The translations under genes and the position numbers were made by a program. The notes below the pieces were generated by a model that saw nothing but the letters and a program-made list of their open reading frames with translations, searched no databases and was not told the origin of the DNA. Positions 37,339 through 47,550 of a stretch of 64,000 nucleotides of DNA are shown piece by piece; the stretch's first letter is position 1; each line of letters opens with the position of its first letter. The stretch lies in contig JBFGOQ010000004.1 in NCBI GenBank assembly GCA_041565075.1, positions 9,018 through 73,017 of the forward strand, given 5' to 3'. The stretch comes from Gammaproteobacteria bacterium (GTDB lineage Bacteria > Pseudomonadota > Gammaproteobacteria > Steroidobacterales > JABDLF01).

Positions 37339-37349
37339 TACTTTGCCCG

Positions 37350-38276
37350 TCAGAGTTTCCAGCCGAGCAAGGTAGCCAGCGCAATGAAAGTGACCCAGAC
37401 GATCAGAGTCCGCACGACCAGGCTCATTGCTGATCGAGCCGCCGCAGATTCCAGTTCGCATATGCCGTCCGCACTAAGGTCCTCACCCGCAGGCGTTACG
37501 CCCTGGGCACCGCAACCGGCGGCCGCCAGGATATCGTTGTTGACCTCGAAAAAATGTTCGGCCGTATCCTGATAATAGGCACGCCAATCCGAAACGGCGT
37601 CCTCGAAACTGCCCGCCAGCGCATAACCCAGAGCCAGCAAGCGAGCGCTGGGCCAGGCAAGGGCACCGTGACAACGCAGGATTGCCCGCGCAAAGGAGGG
37701 TCTCAGATGCTTGCCCCCGTCATCCGGATGCGCCAGCGAGTAAACCGCTCGTTTGCGCATCAGGTCAGTGACCCGAAACAACCATGCGCCGACCGGACCG
37801 AGCAGCAAGAACCAGAAAATTACCCCGAATAAGCGGTTGTTGGCTTGCACGAAGATGGCCTGCCGCAAGGCGTGAATTCTTTCCGGGTGCGGTTGCGGTA
37901 CCGGCCGTTCCAGAAGTTCGCGCAGCGCTGTCTCGGCTCCGCTGGCGTCCCCGGCATCCTGGGCCACTGCAAACTCTTCCACATCGTCACCGAGATCCCG
38001 GGGTCCGAGCGAAAAAAGCAGCACCAATGTCGCGAACAACAGGTACGGTACGCCGAGCAGCACATCTGCAAATACCCGGGCGATGATAAGCACAGGCAAT
38101 ACCGGCACCAGTGCAACCACGGCTGCACCGATGATGGCAATCACACCGTCGAGCCGATTAAAGTGCTGCAGGCACCAGTCAAAATAGCCATCAAACCAGT
38201 GTGGCTGGCGCAAGTGCAACCAGCGCGTGAGAAGTTTCTCGAGCACCAGGCCAAGGGCCAGCGCAATCAGGTTCAT
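37350..38276 (-). CDS. AmpE / CobD-CbiB-like membrane protein
   Basis: LFGVIFWF.LLGP.GA..FR, AWPSARLLALGYALAGSF, LVVRTL. AmpE-like pattern; lacks the CbiB NTLDSM motif. Confidence 0.7.
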   Translation of the reverse strand: MNLIALALGLVLEKLLTRWLHLRQPHWFDGYFDWCLQHFNRLDGVIAIIGAAVVALVPVLPVLIIARVFADVLLGVPYLLFATLVLLFSLGPRDLGDDVEEFAVAQDAGDASGAETALRELLERPVPQPHPERIHALRQAIFVQANNRLFGVIFWFLLLGPVGAWLFRVTDLMRKRAVYSLAHPDDGGKHLRPSFARAILRCHGALAWPSARLLALGYALAGSFEDAVSDWRAYYQDTAEHFFEVNNDILAAAGCGAQGVTPAGEDLSADGICELESAAARSAMSLVVRTLIVWVTFIALATLLGWKL

Positions 38277-38373
38277 GAAGTTTTCCTACCGAGGTTCCAC
38301 TCTATTTTAAGCTATCCACTCAAATGTTGCTGCGCGTTTTGTTGCACTGGGTGGCCACTGACGCGAGAATTCA

Positions 38374-39552
38374 ATGATGGCCGGGACCCTCCCTACTGTC
38401 GATAACATGCTCGATACCCTCATTGCTACGCCGTCGGTAAGCAGCGTCAATGCGGATCTGGATATGGGCAACCGTGCCATCAGCGAATTGCTTGCGGACT
38501 GGCTTGAGACTTTGCAGTTTCAGGTGCAACTCATGCCGGTGCCGGGGCATGCCGACAAGTGCAATGTCATAGCTGTTCGTGGCGCAGGCGAGGACGGGCT
38601 GATACTGGCCGGCCATACGGATACCGTGCCCTACGACAAAGGAAGCTGGAGCCATGATCCCTTTTGCGCCACGCGCAGCAGCGGGCGCCTTTATGGCCTT
38701 GGCAGCAGCGACATGAAGAGCTTTTTTGCACTGCTGCTGGAAGCCCTGCGGGATACGCGGGCGGCCGACCAGAAGCGACCCATTGTCGTGTTGGCCACAG
38801 CGGACGAGGAAAGTGGCATGGCCGGCGCACGACAGCTCGTTGCCACGGATACCCGGCCGGGACGCTATGTGCTTATCGGCGAACCGACCGGATTACAGCC
38901 GGTACGCGCTCACAAAGGCATATTCATGCTGCGCATCACGCTGACCGGGCGCTCCGGGCATTCCAGCGACCCTTCCCTGGGGCGCAGTGCGCTCGAAGGC
39001 ATGTACCAAGTAGTCGGCGCGCTCAGCACATTGCGCAATGAGCTGCAGTCCAGTTACCGTGACGAGCGATTTGCCGTGCCGGTGCCAACCTTGAATTTCG
39101 GACGTATCGCCGGCGGCGACAATCCCAATCGCATTTGCGCGCGCTGCGAACTGGACATCGATGTAAGGCTCACCCCGGGCATGGACCTGGCCGCAACCCG
39201 CGAAGCCATCGAAACATGTGTTCGCAAGGTGCTGGCCGGGAGTGATCTGAACGTGAGCTGCCACGCGCTTTTTGACGGTGTTCCGCCGCTGGATACACCG
39301 TCCAGCAGTACCCTGGTCCGGCGTTGCGAGACGCTCACGGACTGCACTGCGGGCAGCGTGTCTTTCGCCACCGAAGCGCCGTTGTTCGCCGCGCTCGGCA
39401 TGGAAGCCGTAATCATGGGTCCGGGCAATATAGCGGTGGCGCATCAACCCGATGAATACCTGGAACTGGCCAGTATTGCGCCGACCGTCCGGCACCTTCG
39501 CGCCCTTTACCAGCAGTTTTGTATCGCCAGTGAATCGTCGCAGCATGCGTGA
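38374..39552 (+). CDS. argE: Acetylornithine deacetylase
   Basis: GHTDTVPYD, GLGSSDMK, ADEE, GEPT, GHSS, GGDNPNRIC, AHQPDE. Confidence 0.9.
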   Translation: MMAGTLPTVDNMLDTLIATPSVSSVNADLDMGNRAISELLADWLETLQFQVQLMPVPGHADKCNVIAVRGAGEDGLILAGHTDTVPYDKGSWSHDPFCATRSSGRLYGLGSSDMKSFFALLLEALRDTRAADQKRPIVVLATADEESGMAGARQLVATDTRPGRYVLIGEPTGLQPVRAHKGIFMLRITLTGRSGHSSDPSLGRSALEGMYQVVGALSTLRNELQSSYRDERFAVPVPTLNFGRIAGGDNPNRICARCELDIDVRLTPGMDLAATREAIETCVRKVLAGSDLNVSCHALFDGVPPLDTPSSSTLVRRCETLTDCTAGSVSFATEAPLFAALGMEAVIMGPGNIAVAHQPDEYLELASIAPTVRHLRALYQQFCIASESSQHA

Positions 39553-40297
39553 GGTGCGGATTTTTGTGGCGACGCCGATCGCCGGTCCCGGCCCGCTTAC
39601 CCTGTCGGGGCAGGCAGCAATACATGTACTCAAGGTCCTGCGCATGCGAGCGGACGACGAACTCACGCTGTTTGATGGCAAGGGAATCGAATATGCTGCG
39701 CGCATCACACAATGCCGGCGCGACAGCGTGGCGGTCGAAGTTACCGATCAGTTTGCCGTTAACAGGGAAAGCCCCCTGCACACGACCCTGGCTCTGGCCG
39801 TGGCCCGCGGTGAACGCACGGACCTGGCGATCCAGAAGGCCACCGAACTCGGGGTAACGGAAATTATTCCCCTGGTGACTTCGAGAACGGTGGTTCAGTT
39901 ATCGGGCCAGCGAGCTGAAGGTCGCCTCACCCGCTGGCGTCGGCTTGCTGCAAGCGCCTGTGAGCAGTGTGGCCGCAATTCGCTGCCCGGCATTCACGCG
40001 CCTCGTGCCATTGACGACTGGCTGCATGAACTTGCCCCGCCTGGTGAGAACGAGCGGCGCCTGGTAGCAGACCCCCACGGCAATGGCGCAACGCAACTCG
40101 TGGACCCGCCAACCGCGAAGCTCGTTTTGCTGATCGGTCCCGAAGGTGGTTTGACCCGCGCCGAACTTGAGTCCGCGTGCGCACGATCGTTCGAAGCCAT
40201 TACTCTGGGGCCGCGCATTCTTCGCGCCGAGACTGCGGTGATCGCCCTGCTGGGCATCGTGCAATGGCAGTTCGGAGATCTCGCAGCCAGCAGATGA
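39545..40297 (+). CDS. rsmE: 16S rRNA m3U1498 methyltransferase RsmE
   Basis: HVLKVLRM, QKATELGV, ACEQCGR, IGPEGG, LGPRILRAETA. Confidence 0.95.
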   Translation: MREVRIFVATPIAGPGPLTLSGQAAIHVLKVLRMRADDELTLFDGKGIEYAARITQCRRDSVAVEVTDQFAVNRESPLHTTLALAVARGERTDLAIQKATELGVTEIIPLVTSRTVVQLSGQRAEGRLTRWRRLAASACEQCGRNSLPGIHAPRAIDDWLHELAPPGENERRLVADPHGNGATQLVDPPTAKLVLLIGPEGGLTRAELESACARSFEAITLGPRILRAETAVIALLGIVQWQFGDLAASR

Positions 40298-40315
40298 GTC
40301 GGCCGCGCCGGCGGG

Positions 40316-40807
40316 TCAGTTCGCTGTCGCGCGGTCGTCGAAATACTCCGCGGTCATCTCCTCGAGACGTTCCAGGTCCGGAATGACCGGGCGTTCATTC
40401 ATCATGCGCAACTGGCACAACACCGGTTCATCTATTGAATACTCCGGCTGTTGGTCGACCTGGAGCACATCAGGGTTGAGTCGGACCAGCTGGGGAAAGC
40501 CCTGGGTCAGAATGCCGAGATAACCACCGCGCAGACGATCAGTCAGCGCGCTGAAAACTGCTATGCGGCTACGCCGCCCGCTTTCCGGCACATCTCGATG
40601 GCAGGCGGCTTCGAATGAAATTACCGGCAAACTGCGACCATTCCAGTCGACCGTACCCAACAGCCACGGAGGCGCATTGTTGATGGGAGTAATGCCGCTG
40701 CTACCGATTATCTCGATAATGCAGGTGCGCGGGACGATCAGCCGACCACCCGCCAGCGGTGCCAGCAGGCTGTAAAGATCTTCCGTCGTTTCGGCGCCCG
40801 GGTTCAC
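40316..40807 (-). CDS. chpC: CheW-like protein ChpC
   Basis: PPWLLG...W.G...PVISFE, QGFPQL; last gene of the pil-chp cluster, GTGA overlap with chpA. Confidence 0.8.
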   Translation of the reverse strand: MNPGAETTEDLYSLLAPLAGGRLIVPRTCIIEIIGSSGITPINNAPPWLLGTVDWNGRSLPVISFEAACHRDVPESGRRSRIAVFSALTDRLRGGYLGILTQGFPQLVRLNPDVLQVDQQPEYSIDEPVLCQLRMMNERPVIPDLERLEEMTAEYFDDRATAN

Positions 40808-43800
40808 AGCACTTCTCTGGCGACCAGCGGCTCAATGGCGTCGAGCAACTGGCTTTCCTGATAGGGCTTGCCAAGATAGTCGTTAACACCCAGCTCAATT
40901 GCCCGGGCACGATGCTTCAGCCCTACCCGCGACGTAATCATGATGATGGGTATGTCCTTGAGCCGGTGGTCGTCGCGCACATGCGCTGCCACTTCATAGC
41001 CATCCATGCGCGGCATCTCGATATCCAGCAGAATCACGTCGGGCTTGTTCTCCTGCATCAGGGTCACGGCGTCGACACCATCCTTGGCCGTCATGACACG
41101 CATCCCGTTACGTTCCAGCAGCCTTTGGGTAACGCGTCGGACCGTAATCGAATCATCGACCACCAGCACAAAAGTGCGTTGGTCGATTTCTTCGGCCACT
41201 TCCGTGCCGCGCATTACCGCGCCCGAGCGAATCAGCGCGCCGAGATCCAGAATCAGGACTGTGCTGCCATCACCCAGAATCGTCGCACCCGAGATGCCGC
41301 GAATTGCCGACAGTTGTGGGCCGACCGATTTCACAACGATCTCACGCCCGCCCAGCATGTCATCGGTAATCAGTGCGGCCGATTGCTCACCGGCACGTAT
41401 CAACACGACCGGAATGGTCACATGCTCTTCAACAATGCGTACCGCCGGGTTACCGAGCAGTGCGCCCAGATACTGCAACGGGTATTCGCGGCCACCGTAT
41501 TCAAGAAACGGGGTCTTATGCGACATTCGTTGTTCGAGTTCAGCACGCGGAATGCGCGTTACGCCCTCAACAGTGGTTAAAGGCAGCGCATAGGTTTCGT
41601 CACCGGTACGCACCAGCAGCGCCTGGCTTATTGCGAGCGTGAACGGCAGGCGCAATATGAACTGCGCGCCCAGACCGGCCTGCGTTTCGATATGAATCGA
41701 ACCGCCCAGTTGCCGTACTTCGTTAGCCACCACGTCCATGCCCACGCCGCGTCCCGCCGTTTGGGTCACTTCCGTGGCGGTCGACAGCCCGGGCTGGAAC
41801 ACGAGCTGCATGACATCCGCCTCCGAGATATCGGCGTCGACATCTACGAGACCCGCTGCGATGGCGCGCTCCAACAGGCGTTCCAGGTCCAGGCCGCGAC
41901 CGTCATCACGCAACTCCACCACTGTTTCGGAACCTTCACGGCGCAGCCGGATAGTGATCTGTCCAACATCAGGTTTGCCAACACGCGCGCGCTCGTCCGC
42001 ATCTTCAATGCCGTGAATCACTGCGTTGCGCAGCATGTGTTCGAGTGCAGGCATGAGTCGTTCAAGCATCTGCCTGTCCATCTCACCCTGGCCACCCTCG
42101 ATATGCAGCTCGGCGCGCTTGCCTGCTTCATTGGCAGTCTGCCGCACTACCCGGCCGAGCCGCTGGGCATTGCTCTGGAACGGCACCATGCGCGTGCGCA
42201 TCAGCCCATGTTGCAGTTCCGAGGTAACCCGCGATTGCTGAACGAGCAGGTTGTCCGACTCTTTGACCAGGTTGTCGAGGAGGTCCTGGATGCTCATCAG
42301 GTCGCCGGTGGTCTCAGCGAGACTGCGGGATAACTGCTGAATATTTGAATAGCGATCGAGTTCCAGAGGGTCAAAGTCGCCGCGCGGAGCACCTTCCTCG
42401 AGCTGGTGCTTGTGCAGAATCTGCGCTTCCGTCTCAATTTCCAGTTTGCGCAACTGGTCACGCAGCCGGGTAACTGTCTGCGACAACTCCGCCAGGTTAA
42501 AGCCAACGGAATTGAGCTGCTGCTCCAATCGCGAACGGTAAATGGAAATCTCGCCGGCGTTATCCAGGAGACTCTGCAACAGCTCGGCGTCCACCCGGGC
42601 TCGCTCCGGCCGGTCTCCCCGGGACTCCGGCGCGACCACGTAACTGGGCGCCGCAAATCCGGCGCGCACAGGCTCAATGACGGGGGCCGGCAGGACTTGC
42701 TCGTCGGTTTCCTCGATTACCGGCTCGGCCTGCGACAAGCCAACATCGTCCGCGTCAGGCGGTGCACTGACATCGTCCCCCGCCAGCGCCGCGACCGGCA
42801 GCTCTTCGACGGGCGCTATCTCTGCTTCAGGCGGCAACGCTTCTTCCTGCCAATTTCGTATGCGCTCCAGCAGTTCCGTCTCAGTATCGACTGCGGCTGC
42901 ATCCGACACGCGATCGCGCATCTTGTGCAAACGATCAAGGGTCAACTGTACGAGCTCAAACAAGTTCGAGTGGGGTGACACCTGAGCATCGCCTTCGCGT
43001 TCCAGCAGAGATTCGAGTTCGTGACTCAGATCTCCCATCGCTGTGATGCCGGCCATTCGTGCGCCGCCTTTCAGGGTGTGCAATTGCCGTTTCAGATCGT
43101 CGAATGCAGCCGCCGCATTTTGTCCCGCCTGCAAGTCATTGAGATCTGCTTCTGCATTGTCCAGCAGCTCCGCGGCCTCGTCCGCAAAAATGCCGGCAAT
43201 CTCGCTGTCGTAGCCAACTCCCGCCGGCAATGCAGGCTCGACCTCGGCCGCCGGCTCGTGAGTCACGGGTGCCTCTGGTTCCGGCGTGGTTGGTGCTGCG
43301 GATTCGTCGCGGGTCTCGACAATTTCCGTGACAATGGTGTCGCTTTCGTCTCCCGTCGTGTGCACCTCGAATTCACTGACTTCGAGACCCTCGGTGGGCA
43401 CTTCCGGCTCGGCTGAACTCGCATGCAGTTCGGCGATGCGCGTGCGCAACTCGGAATAATCTGGCAGCTCACCCGGCTGATTGATTCTACCCACCAGCGC
43501 TTCCACCGCTGCAGCAGCATCTCCCAGCAGGCCGATCGCGGCGCGCGGGATGCGCTGTCCTGAATTGAAGGACTCGCTGATGTAATGGTCCAGTGGCTCT
43601 GCGATAGCCACTACCGGCTCGACCGAAGCCATGTTAGCGCTGCCATGTAAAGTGTGGGCCGCGCGGCGCACGTCTTCATTTAGCGAATAAGGTGCTTCCT
43701 TTTCTTCGCATACCGCAACATATTGCCGCAGGGTATCCAGGTGGCTGGCGGTTTCCTTGGAAAAAATTTCCAGCAACGCGGCGTCCATTTCGATTGCCGG

Positions 43801-46188
43801 CGCGGCTGGCTGTTCGGCGGGTACCGGGCTGTCGATTTCTTCAGCGCCCTGTGTGGGCAGCGCACTGACGTCAGTTTCGTCCTCGGCAAGTGCTTCGACA
43901 ATTTCCGTGGTCTCGTCGGCACGCACACCGCCGGCGAGCGACCATGCGGTGTTCATCAACTGCTCGATGTCGTGCTCTGTATCGGTGCCGATTTCCAGTT
44001 GTTCAATAAGCTCCGGCATGGCACTGGCTGCAGCCCCCAGTGTCTGGATCACCTCTTCGCTCGGCTTGACGATGCCGGAGATTACTCGATTCAGCAGGTT
44101 TTCCTGGGACCAGGCAAACTCGCCTATGCGTTCCGCACCCACCATGCGCCCACTTCCTTTGAGCGTATGAAATGACCGTCTCATGGTCTGCAACGCTTCT
44201 TCATCGGACGGCTGCTCCCGCAATTTATTAAACTGCAAGCGCACAACGTCGCTCTCTTCCTTCGCTTCCTCAATAAATAGCTCCAGAAACTCAGGGTCCG
44301 AACGATCACCAGGCTTGAAAACTTCGTAACGACCAAATTCTGGGCGCACGATCTGAGTCGGCGCAAATCCCACATCGGTGGTGCGCGCGTGATCGTCGTC
44401 GCCCGCGCCTGGCTGGTAAATCTGGGTAACACTAACCGTATCTTCTTCGCCCGGCTCGAAGGCCGGCAGCTCGCCGGTTCTGCGCAGAGCCTGCATGCAC
44501 GCATCTGCATTGTCGAGCATGTACCACGGGTCCGAGCGACCCGCCCTGATCGTTTCCATGTAGTACTCGAGGCTGACGATGGCATCGGCAATACGGTCCA
44601 CCTGCAGGCTGACAGGTGGCTTGCCGGAAAATCGAATGTGGTGCTGCACGTAATCGCCGATACGCTCTACCAGATCGCTGACACGCTCGCGCTCCAGCAA
44701 CAGCATCGCGGCCCTGATGCCGCGCATCTGTGCGGCGACGGGTTCCAGCAGTTTGGTATCCTCAGGGTGGGCCACAAAGCCGACGATAGCCTCTTTAACT
44801 CTGGCAAGATTGACCAGGCACTCGTTGACAACAGCCTCTGTAACACTGCGGAATTCAACATCCTGCTCGCTGGCAGCGCTGGCCTTGCCGCTGTAACGGG
44901 CAGGGTCGACCAATTGCAGTAATTCCTTGTCCAGGCGGTCTTCGAGCCTCAGCAAAGTTGCGGCAATTTCCATGAGCGCTGCTTCAAGCTTGCCCTCGTC
45001 GTCGGCCATCAACTGCCCGATGCGGGCATTTTCCTGCTCGACGTCACGACGCAGGTGGCCAAGCCCCAGCATGCCCAGCGTATCGCCAATCTTCTTGAGC
45101 AGATTACGGTGGTCCTGCAGTTCGTCGGGGTCACGGTTGCCCGTGCGCAGAAAAATGTCGAGGCCATCCTTGACCTGCCCAAGGTCATCTTTGATTGCCG
45201 CCCCGACTGTGCGCATGAGGTCGGGGCTGGGCCCCACCAGGCCGTCACGTTGACGCATCACTTCGTCGGGGTCCGGCAGCAGCTTTTCCAGACCAAACGC
45301 GCGCTTGACATCTTTGACGCGATGTCCTCCGGCACGGGCGCTGCCGACGTAGTAAAGCATGTTGTTTACAAGGTCATCGGGTGGCGCGTCTGCGACCTGG
45401 TTCTCGCCACCATCGATAATGCGCTTGATCTGCCGGTCCACCTGGCCCAGTAACCGCTTAACCGCAGCGCCTGCTTCAACACCGCCCTCGCGCAAGGCTT
45501 CGAGCAAGGCACCGACCACCCGCCACAATCTGTGTACCGACGGTTCGCTTGACGCTTCTTCGAACTCGATGGAGATGGCCAGCATGATCTTGATGTGGTC
45601 ACGCGCAGCGGTGCCGGTTATCCATCCGAGCAATGCCGCCTGGAACCTGGGTCTGAGCTCCTTGCACAGTTCCCTGAGCGGGCGCGTCTCGGATTTTCGT
45701 GTCAGCACCTCCGGCGGCGGCACGTTATGGCTGAGGTTTTGCAGGAACAGCGTGTTTTCGTTGAGCAGCGCCGCGCCGCGCACCGTACGCAGATCGTTAA
45801 GCAGTGGCAGCAGGACTATGGGAATATCCTTACCGCCGGCAAGCAGTCGCTCCAGATAGGCGGGGAGCTGGACCAGAGCACGGCTCAGAACCTCCAGGGC
45901 ATCGCTGCGGGGCGCGGCAGGGGATTGGGCAACGAAGCGACTGACCTGCTCCATTTCATCGGCGAGCTGGGCCGCCCCGTAGAGTTCAACCAGGCTCAGA
46001 ACGCCCCTCACCTGGTGCAGGATTTCGGCACATTCAGAAATCGCGTCGGCATTGTCGCTCTGCTCGAGATACGCCTCGAGCTTGCCTCGCGCATCCTCAA
46101 TCGTGCGCGACAGCTCATGGCCCACGTCATTCATGGATTCCAGCGCGACCTGATTGATGTCGCTTGGCATTGCTTGTGCCTGATTCAC
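40804..46188 (-). CDS. chpA: Pil-Chp CheA-like hybrid kinase ChpA (Hpt repeats, HATPase, CheW, REC)
   Basis: Hpt motifs LHQVRG, FHTLKGSGR, AHTLHGSA, LHTLKGGAR; FDPLELDRY; HMLRNAVIHGIE; DDGRG; GRGVGMDVV; C-terminal REC LDIEMPRMDG. Confidence 0.93.
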   Translation of the reverse strand: MNQAQAMPSDINQVALESMNDVGHELSRTIEDARGKLEAYLEQSDNADAISECAEILHQVRGVLSLVELYGAAQLADEMEQVSRFVAQSPAAPRSDALEVLSRALVQLPAYLERLLAGGKDIPIVLLPLLNDLRTVRGAALLNENTLFLQNLSHNVPPPEVLTRKSETRPLRELCKELRPRFQAALLGWITGTAARDHIKIMLAISIEFEEASSEPSVHRLWRVVGALLEALREGGVEAGAAVKRLLGQVDRQIKRIIDGGENQVADAPPDDLVNNMLYYVGSARAGGHRVKDVKRAFGLEKLLPDPDEVMRQRDGLVGPSPDLMRTVGAAIKDDLGQVKDGLDIFLRTGNRDPDELQDHRNLLKKIGDTLGMLGLGHLRRDVEQENARIGQLMADDEGKLEAALMEIAATLLRLEDRLDKELLQLVDPARYSGKASAASEQDVEFRSVTEAVVNECLVNLARVKEAIVGFVAHPEDTKLLEPVAAQMRGIRAAMLLLERERVSDLVERIGDYVQHHIRFSGKPPVSLQVDRIADAIVSLEYYMETIRAGRSDPWYMLDNADACMQALRRTGELPAFEPGEEDTVSVTQIYQPGAGDDDHARTTDVGFAPTQIVRPEFGRYEVFKPGDRSDPEFLELFIEEAKEESDVVRLQFNKLREQPSDEEALQTMRRSFHTLKGSGRMVGAERIGEFAWSQENLLNRVISGIVKPSEEVIQTLGAAASAMPELIEQLEIGTDTEHDIEQLMNTAWSLAGGVRADETTEIVEALAEDETDVSALPTQGAEEIDSPVPAEQPAAPAIEMDAALLEIFSKETASHLDTLRQYVAVCEEKEAPYSLNEDVRRAAHTLHGSANMASVEPVVAIAEPLDHYISESFNSGQRIPRAAIGLLGDAAAAVEALVGRINQPGELPDYSELRTRIAELHASSAEPEVPTEGLEVSEFEVHTTGDESDTIVTEIVETRDESAAPTTPEPEAPVTHEPAAEVEPALPAGVGYDSEIAGIFADEAAELLDNAEADLNDLQAGQNAAAAFDDLKRQLHTLKGGARMAGITAMGDLSHELESLLEREGDAQVSPHSNLFELVQLTLDRLHKMRDRVSDAAAVDTETELLERIRNWQEEALPPEAEIAPVEELPVAALAGDDVSAPPDADDVGLSQAEPVIEETDEQVLPAPVIEPVRAGFAAPSYVVAPESRGDRPERARVDAELLQSLLDNAGEISIYRSRLEQQLNSVGFNLAELSQTVTRLRDQLRKLEIETEAQILHKHQLEEGAPRGDFDPLELDRYSNIQQLSRSLAETTGDLMSIQDLLDNLVKESDNLLVQQSRVTSELQHGLMRTRMVPFQSNAQRLGRVVRQTANEAGKRAELHIEGGQGEMDRQMLERLMPALEHMLRNAVIHGIEDADERARVGKPDVGQITIRLRREGSETVVELRDDGRGLDLERLLERAIAAGLVDVDADISEADVMQLVFQPGLSTATEVTQTAGRGVGMDVVANEVRQLGGSIHIETQAGLGAQFILRLPFTLAISQALLVRTGDETYALPLTTVEGVTRIPRAELEQRMSHKTPFLEYGGREYPLQYLGALLGNPAVRIVEEHVTIPVVLIRAGEQSAALITDDMLGGREIVVKSVGPQLSAIRGISGATILGDGSTVLILDLGALIRSGAVMRGTEVAEEIDQRTFVLVVDDSITVRRVTQRLLERNGMRVMTAKDGVDAVTLMQENKPDVILLDIEMPRMDGYEVAAHVRDDHRLKDIPIIMITSRVGLKHRARAIELGVNDYLGKPYQESQLLDAIEPLVAREVL

Positions 46189-46201
46189 TGCGGGCCGTTG
46201 G

Positions 46202-47506
46202 TCAGGCTATGCGAGCCTGCTGGGGTTCGGCATCCTCGTCCGGACCTGTATCCGGTCGTGCCGCCTCTTTCCCAACCGGCAAACTGAAGCCCGCGACCGA
46301 CGTCCGCAACTCGGCCGCCAGGGTCGCGAGTCGGCCGATGGAGTTGGATGCCGCGCTGGTCGCTTCGGCGGTTTGTGCCGATATTTCGCGCAGCACGCCC
46401 ATGGTTCGAGTGACATCGGTTGCCGCGGTGGATTGCTGGCGGGCGGCGCCGGAAATGTTCTGTACAAGTATGGCGATCTGATTGGAGACCTGCTCGATTT
46501 CGTCCAGCGATGCGCCGGCGTTTTCGGCCAGCATCGCGCCGCTTACCACATCGGTCGTGCTGCGCTCCATTGACACGACCGCTTCCTTGGTGTCGTTCTG
46601 AATGGTTTTGACCAGCACTTCGATCTGTCGCGTCGCATTACCGGCGCGTTCCGCAAGTCGTTGCACCTCATCAGCGACCACCGCAAAACCGCGACCAGCT
46701 TCGCCCGCCATCGACGCCTGGATTGATGCATTGAGCGCCAGGATATTGGTTTGCTCTGCAATGTCGTTGATGAGTTCCACGATATTGCCGATCTCCTGCG
46801 AGCTCTCGCCCAGCCGCTTGATGCGCTTGGACGTATCCTGGATGGTTTCACGAATCGCATTCATACCGTCGATAGTGCGCCGCACTGCGTCGGCGCCCTT
46901 GTGCGCCACATCAACTGAGTGGCGCGCCACGTCGGAGGAACGGTCAGCATTTCCCGAAACCTCTTCGATGGAGACCGCGATGCTGGTTATGGCTTCCGTT
47001 GCAGCAAAAATCTGGTTGGATTGATCATCGCTGGCTTTCGCAAGATGCCGGGCCGTGGCTTCGGTCTGGCGTGCCGCTGCCTCGACCTGCCCCGCGGTAC
47101 TGTCGATGGTTGTCACCAGTTCGCGCAGCGCCTCGATAGCATAGTTGATGGAATCGGCTATAGCGCCGGTGATGTCTTCGGTTACCGTCGCCTGTACCGT
47201 CAGATCACCATCGGCGAGAGAACTGAGTTCGTCCAACAGCCGCAAAATTGCTTGCTGGCTTTTTTCGGCATCGGACTGCTCCGCCAGCCGCTGATCAACG
47301 GCGCTGCGATGCTTCATGACCAGCACAACCAGGACTATCAGGCCCAGGCCCACGAGCAGCAACGGCATGTATGGCTTGATGAGCCCGCCGGCGCCGAGGT
47401 CGAATCCACTGATCACCAGCACCAGACCCGCGGCGGCAAGCAGCAGCACCGCCTGCACTACTGCAAGAGCTGTGATCATACCGCCCTTGTTCGTTTCATC
47501 AGCCAT
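46202..47506 (-). CDS. pilJ: PilJ-type methyl-accepting chemotaxis protein lacking the periplasmic domain
   Basis: QQAILRLLDE...LADGDLTV.ATVTEDITGAIADSIN (PilJ signature); IAEQTNILALNASIQA...GRGFAVVADEV; only about 13 aa between the two TM helices. Confidence 0.88.
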   Translation of the reverse strand: MADETNKGGMITALAVVQAVLLLAAAGLVLVISGFDLGAGGLIKPYMPLLLVGLGLIVLVVLVMKHRSAVDQRLAEQSDAEKSQQAILRLLDELSSLADGDLTVQATVTEDITGAIADSINYAIEALRELVTTIDSTAGQVEAAARQTEATARHLAKASDDQSNQIFAATEAITSIAVSIEEVSGNADRSSDVARHSVDVAHKGADAVRRTIDGMNAIRETIQDTSKRIKRLGESSQEIGNIVELINDIAEQTNILALNASIQASMAGEAGRGFAVVADEVQRLAERAGNATRQIEVLVKTIQNDTKEAVVSMERSTTDVVSGAMLAENAGASLDEIEQVSNQIAILVQNISGAARQQSTAATDVTRTMGVLREISAQTAEATSAASNSIGRLATLAAELRTSVAGFSLPVGKEAARPDTGPDEDAEPQQARIA

Positions 47507-47550
47507 CGTAATTTTCCTGCGTTGCTAAATCTGTTGCCCGGCTATCGAAC

